DNA from: Candidatus Komeilibacteria bacterium CG_4_10_14_0_2_um_filter_37_10
Lineage (GTDB): Bacteria; Patescibacteriota; Patescibacteriia; UBA1558
Reading direction: 5' to 3'
NCBI GenBank assembly: GCA_002793075.1
Contig: PFPO01000073.1
Location: 1 to 57,421, forward strand
DNA: 57,421 nt
The notes under the pieces were generated by a model. The model was not told the origin of the DNA and did no database searches. It saw only the letters and a program-made list of their open reading frames with translations. The first letter of the stretch is position 1; each line of letters opens with the position of its first letter. This document shows, one piece after another, positions 18,296-26,666 of the stretch. The position numbers were made by a program, and so were the translations under genes.

Positions 18296-20053
18296 ATGAT
18301 TACAGCCCAACAATTAAGAGAAAAATATACTACTTTTTTTGCCAGTAAAGGCCATCAAATCATTGATGGTGCTTCTTTGATTCCCGAAAATGATCCGTCG
18401 GTTTTGTTTACCACTGCCGGTATGCACCCACTTGTGCCTTTTTTATTAGGAAGCAAACATCCAAGTGGTAATAAACTAACAAGTTGTCAGCGTTGTATTA
18501 GAACTGGTGATATTGAAGAAGTAGGTGATGATACTCATCTGACGTTTTTTGAAATGCTGGGTAATTGGAGTTTAGGAGATTATTTTAAGGATGATGCTAT
18601 TGAATATAGTTGGGAATTTTTAACATCACCAAAGTGGCTAAATATTAATCCCCAAAAAATAGGTATAACTGTATTTGCCGGTGATCAGGATGCTTCAGTT
18701 GATGAAGAGTCAGTAAATAAATGGTTAAGTCTTGGTGTTCCTCAACATAAGATAGCTTATTTACCAAAGGAAAATAATTGGTGGGGCCCAGCTGGTCAGA
18801 CAGGACCTTGTGGACCTGATACGGAAATGTTTTATTATGTTGGTGATGGATTACCTTCGGAAAATTCCAATCCCGGCAATGACGAGAGTAATTGGGTAGA
18901 AATATGGAATGACGTATTTATGCAATACAGTAAAGAAGCTGATGGTAGTTATTTTGCTTTGGCACAAAAAAATGTTGACACGGGCATGGGACTAGAACGA
19001 ACATTAGCTGTAATCAATGGCTATCAGACTATTTATGAAACAGATGTTGTTAAACCAATTTATGATCTAGTGTATTCTTTAGCGCAAGATAAAAGCAATT
19101 TGAAAGCCATAAGAATTATTACTGATCATCTGCGAGCAGCCACATTTATCATTGGTGATGAGAGGGGAGTGATACCATCAAATACTGATCAAGGTTATGT
19201 TGTTCGCCGTTTAATTCGTTCCGCTATTCGTCGCGGACGAGAAGTAGGTATTGTTAATTCCTTTATTCCAGCAATTGCCGCAGAAACTATAAAATTATAT
19301 GCGCCGACGTACAATTGTTTAAAGCAAAATCAACAAAAAATACTGTCAGAGTTTTCGATCGAAGAAGAAAAATTTAAAAAAGTATTAGATCGGGGCGAAG
19401 AAATTATTCAGGAGTATGCCAGGCAAGGCTCTATTGATGGCGTGACAGCCTTTAAATTATATTCAACTTATGGATTTCCCTTAGAAGAAATACAAAGATC
19501 TAATATTCAGGTGGATGCTGAGCAATTTTTTGCTGAATTAAAAAAACACCAAGAGTTATCACGACAAGGGGCAGAGCAAAAATTTAAGGGTGGCTTAGCT
19601 GATAATTCGGAAATGGTAACTAAATTACATACCGCTACTCATTTATTGCACGCAGCTTTACGAAAAGTATTAGGCGAACATATTGCTCAAAAAGGGTCAA
19701 ATATAACCTCAGAAAGACTGCGCTTTGATTTTTCTCATCCCATTAAGTTAACTACTGACGAGCTGACAAAGGTGGAAAAATTAGTTAATGAGGCAATTCA
19801 GCAAAAATTAGCTGTTTCCTGGCAAGAATTATCTGTGGAAAAGGCCAAGGAGCAAGGTGCTTTGGGTTTATTCAATCAAAAATATGGTGAGCTAGTCAAA
19901 GTTTATACAGTAGGCAAAGATGATAGAATATTCTCCCGGGAAATTTGTGGTGGTCCACATGTGGCAAATACTGGTGAATTAGGTCATTTTAGTATCTTAA
20001 AGGAAGAAGCATCATCAGCCGGTGTACGCAGAATAAAATCTATCCTGAAATAG
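18296..20053 (+). CDS. alaS: alanine--tRNA ligase, short form (585 aa)
   Basis: Class II core FTTAGMHP, FFEMLGNWSLGDYFK, GPCGPDTEMFY and VDTGMGLER. Editing-site HTATHLLHAAL and CGGPHV. Ends at GVRRIKSILK with no C-Ala domain. The ATG at 18296 is preferred over the tracked start at 18242. Confidence 0.9.
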   Translation: MITAQQLREKYTTFFASKGHQIIDGASLIPENDPSVLFTTAGMHPLVPFLLGSKHPSGNKLTSCQRCIRTGDIEEVGDDTHLTFFEMLGNWSLGDYFKDDAIEYSWEFLTSPKWLNINPQKIGITVFAGDQDASVDEESVNKWLSLGVPQHKIAYLPKENNWWGPAGQTGPCGPDTEMFYYVGDGLPSENSNPGNDESNWVEIWNDVFMQYSKEADGSYFALAQKNVDTGMGLERTLAVINGYQTIYETDVVKPIYDLVYSLAQDKSNLKAIRIITDHLRAATFIIGDERGVIPSNTDQGYVVRRLIRSAIRRGREVGIVNSFIPAIAAETIKLYAPTYNCLKQNQQKILSEFSIEEEKFKKVLDRGEEIIQEYARQGSIDGVTAFKLYSTYGFPLEEIQRSNIQVDAEQFFAELKKHQELSRQGAEQKFKGGLADNSEMVTKLHTATHLLHAALRKVLGEHIAQKGSNITSERLRFDFSHPIKLTTDELTKVEKLVNEAIQQKLAVSWQELSVEKAKEQGALGLFNQKYGELVKVYTVGKDDRIFSREICGGPHVANTGELGHFSILKEEASSAGVRRIKSILK

Positions 20054-20104
20054 CTCTTGACTATTTCCGTGAATTCTAATAACATATTATAGCCCTTAAA
20101 TTAC

Positions 20105-20134
20105 TTGACTAGTTTGCAAAAAATATATTATACT
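20105..20134 (+). promoter_or_regulatory. candidate sigma70-type promoter for the infA-rpmJ-rpsM... operon
   Basis: TTGACT (20105-20110), 18-nt spacer, TATACT (20129-20134), in the 231-nt gap after alaS. Confidence 0.45.
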
Positions 20135-20284
20135 ATGCCAAGTAATAAGATTATCGAAAAAAAACCATAAAAATCGCCCACAAAAAAATTAATACAGTGA
20201 GACAACATGCATCGTTTACTAAGGAAGAGATCTGGTTAAAACCAAGCATTTTGAGTAAATGGTCTGTTTTTTTTAGTTATTTTA

Positions 20285-20521
20285 ATGAGTAATCTTGATT
20301 TTCAAACAAATAAAAAAGGTTTTATTGAAGTAGTTGGTGTTGTGACCGAATTACTACCCGCCGCAACATTCCAGGTAAAACTGGAAAATGAGCATGAGTT
20401 ACTGGCTCATTTATCTGGAAAAATGAGGATTAATCGCATTAAAATACTACCCGGTGATAAGGTCAAGCTAGAAATTAGTCCTTATGACCTCACCAAAGGT
20501 AGAATAACCTATCGATATTAA
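20285..20521 (+). CDS. infA: translation initiation factor IF-1
   Basis: S1-like OB fold. [48 protein letters not shown] is near-canonical IF-1. Confidence 0.93.
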   Translation: MSNLDFQTNKKGFIEVVGVVTELLPAATFQVKLENEHELLAHLSGKMRINRIKILPGDKVKLEISPYDLTKGRITYRY

Positions 20522-20527
20522 AACATT

Positions 20528-20641
20528 ATGAAAGTTAGATCTTCAGTTAAAAAAATTTGTAAAGATTGTAAAATTATTCGACGTTCTGGACGGGTTGTTT
20601 GTATTTGTAAAAATCCTAAACACAAGCAAAGACAAGGCTAA
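20528..20641 (+). CDS. rpmJ: 50S ribosomal protein L36
   Basis: Not in the ORF track. My translation gives [37 protein letters not shown] (37 aa) with the CxxC...CxxxxH zinc-ribbon pattern. Conserved infA-rpmJ-rpsM order. Confidence 0.9.
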   Translation: MKVRSSVKKICKDCKIIRRSGRVVCICKNPKHKQRQG

Positions 20642-20671
20642 ATAAAATTACGTAATATAATAAAATTACTT

Positions 20672-21061
20672 ATGGCAAGAATCGCAAACATCAATATACC
20701 CAATGAAAAAAGAGTTGTTATTAGCTTAACTTACCTTTTTGGTATCGGCCGAACATTATCCCAGAAAATTTTAACTGATCTGAAAATTGATATCAGTAAA
20801 CGAGTTAAAGATTTAACAGAGGAAGAGTTAAAATTGATTCGTGATCATTTAGCCAAAAATTATAAAGTTGAAGGTGATTTACGACGAGAAATCTTGATGA
20901 ATATCAAAAGATTAAAAGAAATCAGTTCCTATCGTGGCACTCGTCACGCCCGTGGTCTACCGGCTCGCGGTCAAAGAACCAAAACCAATTCTCGTACTGT
21001 CCGCGGCAATGTTCGTCGCACAATGGGTAGTGGTCGTGCTAAATCAGCGGAAAAAACTTAA
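20672..21061 (+). CDS. rpsM: 30S ribosomal protein S13
   Basis: [10 protein letters not shown]...[23 protein letters not shown] is canonical S13. Confidence 0.95.
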   Translation: MARIANINIPNEKRVVISLTYLFGIGRTLSQKILTDLKIDISKRVKDLTEEELKLIRDHLAKNYKVEGDLRREILMNIKRLKEISSYRGTRHARGLPARGQRTKTNSRTVRGNVRRTMGSGRAKSAEKT

Positions 21062-21079
21062 TTATAATTCATATTTTAT

Positions 21080-21532
21080 ATGTCGAGAAAAAAAAGACTA
21101 TTAGATAAGCAGAAAAAAAGAGCCGGTGCGAAGAAATACATTATCAATCCGGAAAAACAGTCCAAGAAGAAAAAGGTTAAAAAAATGATTAAGCGGGGAC
21201 AGGCTCATGTTCAAGCTACATATAATAATACAATTGTAACGATAACCGATTTAAATGGTGCCGCTATTGGTCAAAGCTCAGCAGGTAGCTGTGGCTTTAA
21301 AGGACCAAAAAAGGCCACACCCTACGCTTCTAGTATCATTGTAAAGACGTTAGTTGATAAAGTGAAAAATTATGGTTTGCAAGAAGTTGATGTTTATGTC
21401 CGCGGTGTCGGTGCTGGACGCGAAGCAGCGGTACGTGCTTTACACGCCAATGGTTTGAATGTTTTAAGTATCAAAGATATGACACCAATACCGCACAATG
21501 GTTGTCGTTCGAAAAAACCGCGAAGAGTTTAA
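21080..21532 (+). CDS. rpsK: 30S ribosomal protein S11 with a Lys-rich N-terminal extension
   Basis: Core GQAHVQATYNNTIVTITD...GFKGPKKATPYA...GVGAGREAAVRAL. About 20 extra basic residues precede it. Confidence 0.93.
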   Translation: MSRKKRLLDKQKKRAGAKKYIINPEKQSKKKKVKKMIKRGQAHVQATYNNTIVTITDLNGAAIGQSSAGSCGFKGPKKATPYASSIIVKTLVDKVKNYGLQEVDVYVRGVGAGREAAVRALHANGLNVLSIKDMTPIPHNGCRSKKPRRV

Positions 21533-21572
21533 TTAACCCAACAATATTTTATTTTTAATAAATCATTAATTT

Positions 21573-22187
21573 ATGGGAAGATATACAGGACCAAAATGGA
21601 AATTATCTAGGCGTGAAGGTATTGAATTACGTGATGAAGGAAAAAGAGCCTTAGCTAAAAGAAATTATGTGCCAGGTGCCCATGGACCAACTAACAAAAG
21701 TGGTCGCTTATCGGGTTATGGTAAACATTTACGAGAGAAACAGAAAGCTAAGAGAATTTATGGCTTATACGAAAAACAATTTCGTAATACTTATAATTTA
21801 GCAGTTAAGAATACCGGCGATACATCGGTAAATTTATGCCAGTTACTGGAATCGCGTTTAGATAATATTGTTTATCGCATTGGTTGGGCAACTTCCCGTT
21901 CGCAAGCGCGACAATTAGTTAGTCATGGACATATCACTATTGATGGCCAGAAAGTAAATATTCCATCATATCAAACTAAAGTTGGTAGCCAGATTTCCGT
22001 CAAACCATCTTATCAGAAAAAGACATATTGGCAGGGCGTTCTTGGTAAAATGGAAAAGAAGAATTTTTTATCCAATTTGAACTATGATCATAGCAAGCAT
22101 ATAGCTACTATTACTAGCAAGCCAGATATGCAAGAATTAGCTGTGCCGTTTGATCCAACTTTAATTATTGAATTTTATTCTAAATAA
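21573..22187 (+). CDS. rpsD: 30S ribosomal protein S4
   Basis: MGRYTGPKWKLSRREG N-terminus. S4 RNA-binding domain LESRLDNIVYRIGWATSRSQARQLVSHGHI. Confidence 0.95.
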   Translation: MGRYTGPKWKLSRREGIELRDEGKRALAKRNYVPGAHGPTNKSGRLSGYGKHLREKQKAKRIYGLYEKQFRNTYNLAVKNTGDTSVNLCQLLESRLDNIVYRIGWATSRSQARQLVSHGHITIDGQKVNIPSYQTKVGSQISVKPSYQKKTYWQGVLGKMEKKNFLSNLNYDHSKHIATITSKPDMQELAVPFDPTLIIEFYSK

Positions 22188-22202
22188 AATTAGCACAAAA
22201 TT

Positions 22203-23039
22203 ATGTTCAACATTACGCCACCTGATAAAATTAATTTTAAAAAGATTTCGGACAATAAGGCCGAGGTGATTATCGAACCTTGTTACCCAGGCTTTGGTGT
22301 TACTATTGGTAATTCTTTACGTCGTGTTTTATTATCCTCATTAGATGGTGCCGCAGTTGTTGGCTTTAAAATCGTTGGTGTTGACCATGAATTTAACAGC
22401 ATTCCTTTTGTTAAAGAGGACGTCGTTGATATTATCTTAAACTTGAAGAAAGTGCGAGTAAAAATATATGCCGATGTTGATGAAGAAATAAAATTAAATC
22501 TTGTTGCTACTGGTGAAAAGGTAGTCACCGCTGCTGATATTTCTAAAAATTCTGATGTGGAAATTGTTAGTGGTGATCAACCAATCGCTACCTTGACAGA
22601 CAAAAATGTCAAGTTAGATATGGAGATTATTGTTAAAAAGGGAAGAGGTTATGTGATGGTTGAACGGCGTGATAAAGAGAAGCTAGAGATCGGAACGATT
22701 GCTATTGACGCTCTTTACTCACCTGTAGTTAACGTTGCGTTTAAAATTGAAAATACTCGTGTTGGTGAAATGACCAACTATGAAAAGCTCATTCTAGAAA
22801 TACAAACTGATGGTTCCATCACTCCTAAGAGCGCAATTCAATCAGCGGTCAATATTTTAGTCAATGAATTTGAGTATTTATTAAATTTAGATGATGCAAT
22901 CAGTAAAAAAAGCGTTAGTAAGGATAGCAAACAAGAAGAGGTTAACGAACAACCAGATGAAGAAATTGCCGAAAAAGTTGAAGAGTTAGCCGATAAAAAG
23001 GAAAAAAAGCGTGGCCGACCTAAAAAGAATGATAAGTAA
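22203..23039 (+). CDS. rpoA: DNA-directed RNA polymerase alpha subunit: NTD only, with a charged tail
   Basis: Alpha-NTD motifs GFGVTIGNSLRRVLLSS and YSPVVNVAFKIENTRVG. Only 278 aa. The last 48 aa are low complexity, ending KKRGRPKKNDK. Position between rpsD and rplQ. Confidence 0.9.
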   Translation: MFNITPPDKINFKKISDNKAEVIIEPCYPGFGVTIGNSLRRVLLSSLDGAAVVGFKIVGVDHEFNSIPFVKEDVVDIILNLKKVRVKIYADVDEEIKLNLVATGEKVVTAADISKNSDVEIVSGDQPIATLTDKNVKLDMEIIVKKGRGYVMVERRDKEKLEIGTIAIDALYSPVVNVAFKIENTRVGEMTNYEKLILEIQTDGSITPKSAIQSAVNILVNEFEYLLNLDDAISKKSVSKDSKQEEVNEQPDEEIAEKVEELADKKEKKRGRPKKNDK

Positions 23040-23045
23040 TATTAT

Positions 23046-23396
23046 ATGAGACATAATAAAAAGAGAGATAAATTGAGTAGAAAATCTAGTGTCGTGAAGC
23101 CTATGATGTATAATTTGGCTACTCAAATTATTATGTATGAGGCGATCGAAACTACTGAAGCTAGAGCAAAGTTAGTTAAAAAATACCTTGAGCCGCTAAT
23201 TACCCGTGCTAAGGTGGACAATTTAGCCAATCATCGCCATATGATTGCTCGATTAAGATTAAAAAAAGCTATTGCCAAGTTATTCAAAGTGTTAGGACCA
23301 CGATATGTAAAGCGCAATGGTGGCTATACCCGCATTATCAAAATTGGCCAACGAGCCGGTGATAATGCCTTAAAATGTAGAATAGAATTAGTATAA
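23046..23396 (+). CDS. rplQ: 50S ribosomal protein L17
   Basis: MRHNKKRDKLSR...GGYTRIIKIGQRAGDNA is typical L17. Follows rpoA. Confidence 0.93.
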   Translation: MRHNKKRDKLSRKSSVVKPMMYNLATQIIMYEAIETTEARAKLVKKYLEPLITRAKVDNLANHRHMIARLRLKKAIAKLFKVLGPRYVKRNGGYTRIIKIGQRAGDNALKCRIELV

Positions 23397-23400
23397 TAAT

Positions 23401-23763
23401 ATGACGCAAAAAATAAACCGTAAACATCATCAATTAAATGCCGAGGGACAAGCTGCCGGACGTTTAGCTAGTGCTGTAGCTAGTTTGCTAATGGGTAAGG
23501 GAAAAGTAGATTACGCAGCTAATGTTGATCAGGGTGACTTTGTGATCGTTAGTAATATTAATGCCTTAAAGTTTACCGGAAAAAAATTAGTTAATAAAAT
23601 TTATTATCGACATTCTGGTTATCCTGGTGGTCTGACAGAAACTAAATTAGGTGAAAGAATGAAGAAGCAGCCAGAAATATTATTTAAATCAATAGTGAAG
23701 ACTATGCTGCCAAAAAATAAATTACAAAACTTGATGATTAAACGATTAACCGTTCTAAAATAA
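23401..23763 (+). CDS. rplM: 50S ribosomal protein L13 (short, 120 aa)
   Basis: GQAAGRLASAVASLLMGKGK and YYRHSGYPGG motifs. Conserved rplM-rpsI pair. Confidence 0.9.
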   Translation: MTQKINRKHHQLNAEGQAAGRLASAVASLLMGKGKVDYAANVDQGDFVIVSNINALKFTGKKLVNKIYYRHSGYPGGLTETKLGERMKKQPEILFKSIVKTMLPKNKLQNLMIKRLTVLK

Positions 23764-23768
23764 TTTGT

Positions 23769-24188
23769 ATGGAGAAAAGTATTAAACAGTCAAAAGGAAA
23801 ATTTATTACTGCCGTTGGTAAAAGAAAAACGGCTATTGCTAGCATTCGTTTAGTGGAGCAGAAAGAAAACAAGGAAGTTATTATTAACGAAAAGACGCTT
23901 AGCGAATATTTTAATAATTACACTTGGCAGAAAACAGTATTGGCACCACTTAATCTTTGTGGTTTACTAAATCATTATCACATAACAATAAAAGTTTCTG
24001 GTGGCGGACCAAATAGTCAGGCGGAAGCAATTAGACATGGCATTAGTAAAGCCATTTTAATAATTGATCCAAATTATCGAAAAGCTTTGAAGGCAGTGGG
24101 CTATTTACGTCGTGACCCACGTAAAAAAGAACGCAAGAAACCAGGATTAAAAAGAGCACGTCGTGCCCCACAATTCTCCAAAAGATAA
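23769..24188 (+). CDS. rpsI: 30S ribosomal protein S9
   Basis: GKRKTAIASIRL, GGGPNSQAEAIRHGISKA and a C-terminal RRAPQFSKR. Confidence 0.95.
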   Translation: MEKSIKQSKGKFITAVGKRKTAIASIRLVEQKENKEVIINEKTLSEYFNNYTWQKTVLAPLNLCGLLNHYHITIKVSGGGPNSQAEAIRHGISKAILIIDPNYRKALKAVGYLRRDPRKKERKKPGLKRARRAPQFSKR

Positions 24189-24198
24189 TTTCTCATCT

Positions 24199-25635
24199 AT
24201 GCTTGCTAATCAGACAGTTTTTAAGAATACTAGTCTGTTATTGCTTTCGTTAGTTATTCAAAAAATACTTTCTTTTATTTATTTTTCTTATTTAGCAACC
24301 CGGTTGGGAGTTCAGCAAACCGGGTTGTATTTTTATATTCTGGCAATCACAGCAGTGACTTCAGTTCTGCTGGATTTTGGCTTAAACAATCTATTAATTA
24401 GAGAAATTGCCAGTGATCGGAATAATCAAAATAAATACCTAACCAATGCGGTATTGTTAAAAATAATTTATTTAATATTAGTTAATAGTTTATTTTTTAT
24501 CATTTATTTTTTCGGTTTTTTTGGGACTATTAATAATCTAGCCTTAGGGCTCGCTGTTTTAATAATGAATGTGGAAACGATAACTATTTTTTTATATTCT
24601 CTGCAAAGAAGTATTCATATTACAATTTATGAATCAATGGGTAATATTATTTTTCAGACATCTTTGCTATTGTTAGGCTACTTAGCGTTACGACAATTTC
24701 CGCAAGTTACCGTAGCTTTATCCTGTTTATTAGTTGCGGCTTTTGTTAATTTTTCTTTTGCTGCTTGGCAGACAAAAAAAAGCTCATTCAATTTTGTTGT
24801 TAAATTCATTGATTATATATTTCTAAAAGATTTTTTTATTCTTAGTTGGCCTTTTGCTCTCATGGCGATAGCTAATCGTATTTATGGTTATCAAGATGTA
24901 TTTTTATTAAGAGCCTTAGCTGGTGAGCAAGCCGTTGGTTTCTACAGCCTGCCTTATAAAATAACTTTTGTATTTCAGTTCATACCCCTGGCTTTGATTG
25001 CCGCTCTGTATCCGGCGTTTAGTTATTGGTGGCAGCAGAATCACGAGCAACTAATGAATTTGTTTGAGCGTTCTGTCACGATTTTATTATTGATAGTCTG
25101 TCCGATAGTAATATCAATCTATTACTATAGTACCGACATCATGTTATTGATTTATGGTTGGCCATACTATCCAGCAGCTAATATTTTACAACTATTAATT
25201 TTGTCATTACCTTTTATTTTTATTAATTTCCCCGTTGGTTATTTACTAAATGCAGCCAATCGTCAAAAAGTTAATTTACTAAATATTAGCTTGACACTAT
25301 TATTAGGAATTATTGGTAATTTACTACTAATTCCTTATTATGGTTTCATCGGTGCCGCTATGGTTAGCTTGTTTTGTGCAATGGTACTTAGTATTTTAAA
25401 TATAATTCAATTACGAACGATTATTTCCTGGTCACGAGATTGGTTGCAGTTGATCTTAAAAATTCTAACCATTGTTATTATTCACGTAATGCTATTAAAA
25501 ATATTGGCTTTCTTACCTTTTGTTTTATCGGCTATTATTGGTATAATCGTATATATAATACTAATTTTTATTTTTCGATTGATAAATAGGAATGACGTCT
25601 TAGCATTAATCAAAGTATTGAAAATTAATCAATGA
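24199..25635 (+). CDS. polysaccharide/oligosaccharide flippase, Wzx-like (MOP superfamily)
   Basis: About 478 aa and 12-14 TM segments, with the N-terminal pattern typical of polysaccharide biosynthesis (PST/Wzx) proteins. ATG at 24199 preferred because the tracked start overlaps rpsI. Confidence 0.7.
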   Translation: MLANQTVFKNTSLLLLSLVIQKILSFIYFSYLATRLGVQQTGLYFYILAITAVTSVLLDFGLNNLLIREIASDRNNQNKYLTNAVLLKIIYLILVNSLFFIIYFFGFFGTINNLALGLAVLIMNVETITIFLYSLQRSIHITIYESMGNIIFQTSLLLLGYLALRQFPQVTVALSCLLVAAFVNFSFAAWQTKKSSFNFVVKFIDYIFLKDFFILSWPFALMAIANRIYGYQDVFLLRALAGEQAVGFYSLPYKITFVFQFIPLALIAALYPAFSYWWQQNHEQLMNLFERSVTILLLIVCPIVISIYYYSTDIMLLIYGWPYYPAANILQLLILSLPFIFINFPVGYLLNAANRQKVNLLNISLTLLLGIIGNLLLIPYYGFIGAAMVSLFCAMVLSILNIIQLRTIISWSRDWLQLILKILTIVIIHVMLLKILAFLPFVLSAIIGIIVYIILIFIFRLINRNDVLALIKVLKINQ

Positions 25636-26666
25636 GGATAGTGCTGCTAACAATGGAATATCCACCGCAAAAAGGAGGAGTCGCCAATTATTATTGGGGG
25701 CTAGTTCAAGCTTTGCAAAAAGATTGGAATTTAACCATGGATGTTCAAATAGTCAAAGAAGGATATCGCTGGTATCAAATACTCAAAAATATCTGGCGGC
25801 AACACTGTGACTATTTATGGGTTGGTCAAATATTGCCTATTGGCACCGCTGCTTTGATATTAAACTATTATCAACAACAAAAGTATATAGTTTCTTTACA
25901 CGGCATGGATATTAATTTAGCTCTTAAACATAAAAGTTGGTTAACGAAAAAGATTTTACAACGAGCTAGATTTATTATTGTTAATAGCCATTATACGGCA
26001 CAGTTGATACCCAAGTATATTGATCAAAAAAAAATTATTATAGCTTATCCTTGTCCGCATATAACTTATCAAGTTGACCAATCAGAGCTGTTACTCTTAA
26101 AAGATAAATATCATTTGCCAGACAATTACATTCTGTCTGTTGGACGTTTAGTAGAACGTAAGGGATTTCAATTAGTATTACAAGCAATAGCTGATCTATC
26201 CGATCGCTATCCTGACATATTTTATGTCATTGTTGGTTCTGGCCCCTACCATGAATATTTACAACAAATAGTAATAAAATTAGGATTGCAAAAAAAAGTA
26301 TTGTTTTTATCAATAGCAGATGATAGAGAATTGGCTGGTATCTATCAGTTAGCTAAATTTTTATGTAATCCTACTTTAGTTAAGGGAGCTGATGTCGAGG
26401 GTTTTGGCATTGTCTATCTAGAGGCTAATTACTTTCAAAAAGCGGTCATTGCTTTTGCTAGTGGTGGAGTTACCGAAGCCGTTTCTGATTTAGTTACTGG
26501 CTTAATATCAACACCACAAAAACTGATTAATGATATTGAAAGGTTATGGCTGGATCAAAGTCTTGCTACCGAGCTAGGCAATAAAGGATCAAAAATAGTA
26601 CAAACAAAATTCTCGTATCAACGACAAGCCCAACAAATTATTTCTAAATTATATGCAAAAGATTAA
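25632..26666 (+). CDS. glycosyltransferase, GT-B fold (GT4-like)
   Basis: The N-terminus MRIVLLTMEYPPQKGGVANY and the EX7E-region EGFGIVYLEANYFQKAVIAFASGG are typical of GT4 enzymes. Confidence 0.8.
   Translation: MRIVLLTMEYPPQKGGVANYYWGLVQALQKDWNLTMDVQIVKEGYRWYQILKNIWRQHCDYLWVGQILPIGTAALILNYYQQQKYIVSLHGMDINLALKHKSWLTKKILQRARFIIVNSHYTAQLIPKYIDQKKIIIAYPCPHITYQVDQSELLLLKDKYHLPDNYILSVGRLVERKGFQLVLQAIADLSDRYPDIFYVIVGSGPYHEYLQQIVIKLGLQKKVLFLSIADDRELAGIYQLAKFLCNPTLVKGADVEGFGIVYLEANYFQKAVIAFASGGVTEAVSDLVTGLISTPQKLINDIERLWLDQSLATELGNKGSKIVQTKFSYQRQAQQIISKLYAKD

Noticed and set aside
20057-20090. A second TTGACT at 20057-20062 as an additional promoter
   Set aside because: No acceptable -10 lies at 16-19 nt. 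TAATAA is at 14 nt and TATTAT at 22 nt.
20135-20250. Mini-ORFs in the infA leader (MPSNKIIEKKP at 20135; MHRLLRKRSG at 20207)
   Set aside because: The first starts immediately after the -10 box, upstream of the likely transcription start. Both are 10-11 codons with no supporting signal. They are treated as chance ORFs.
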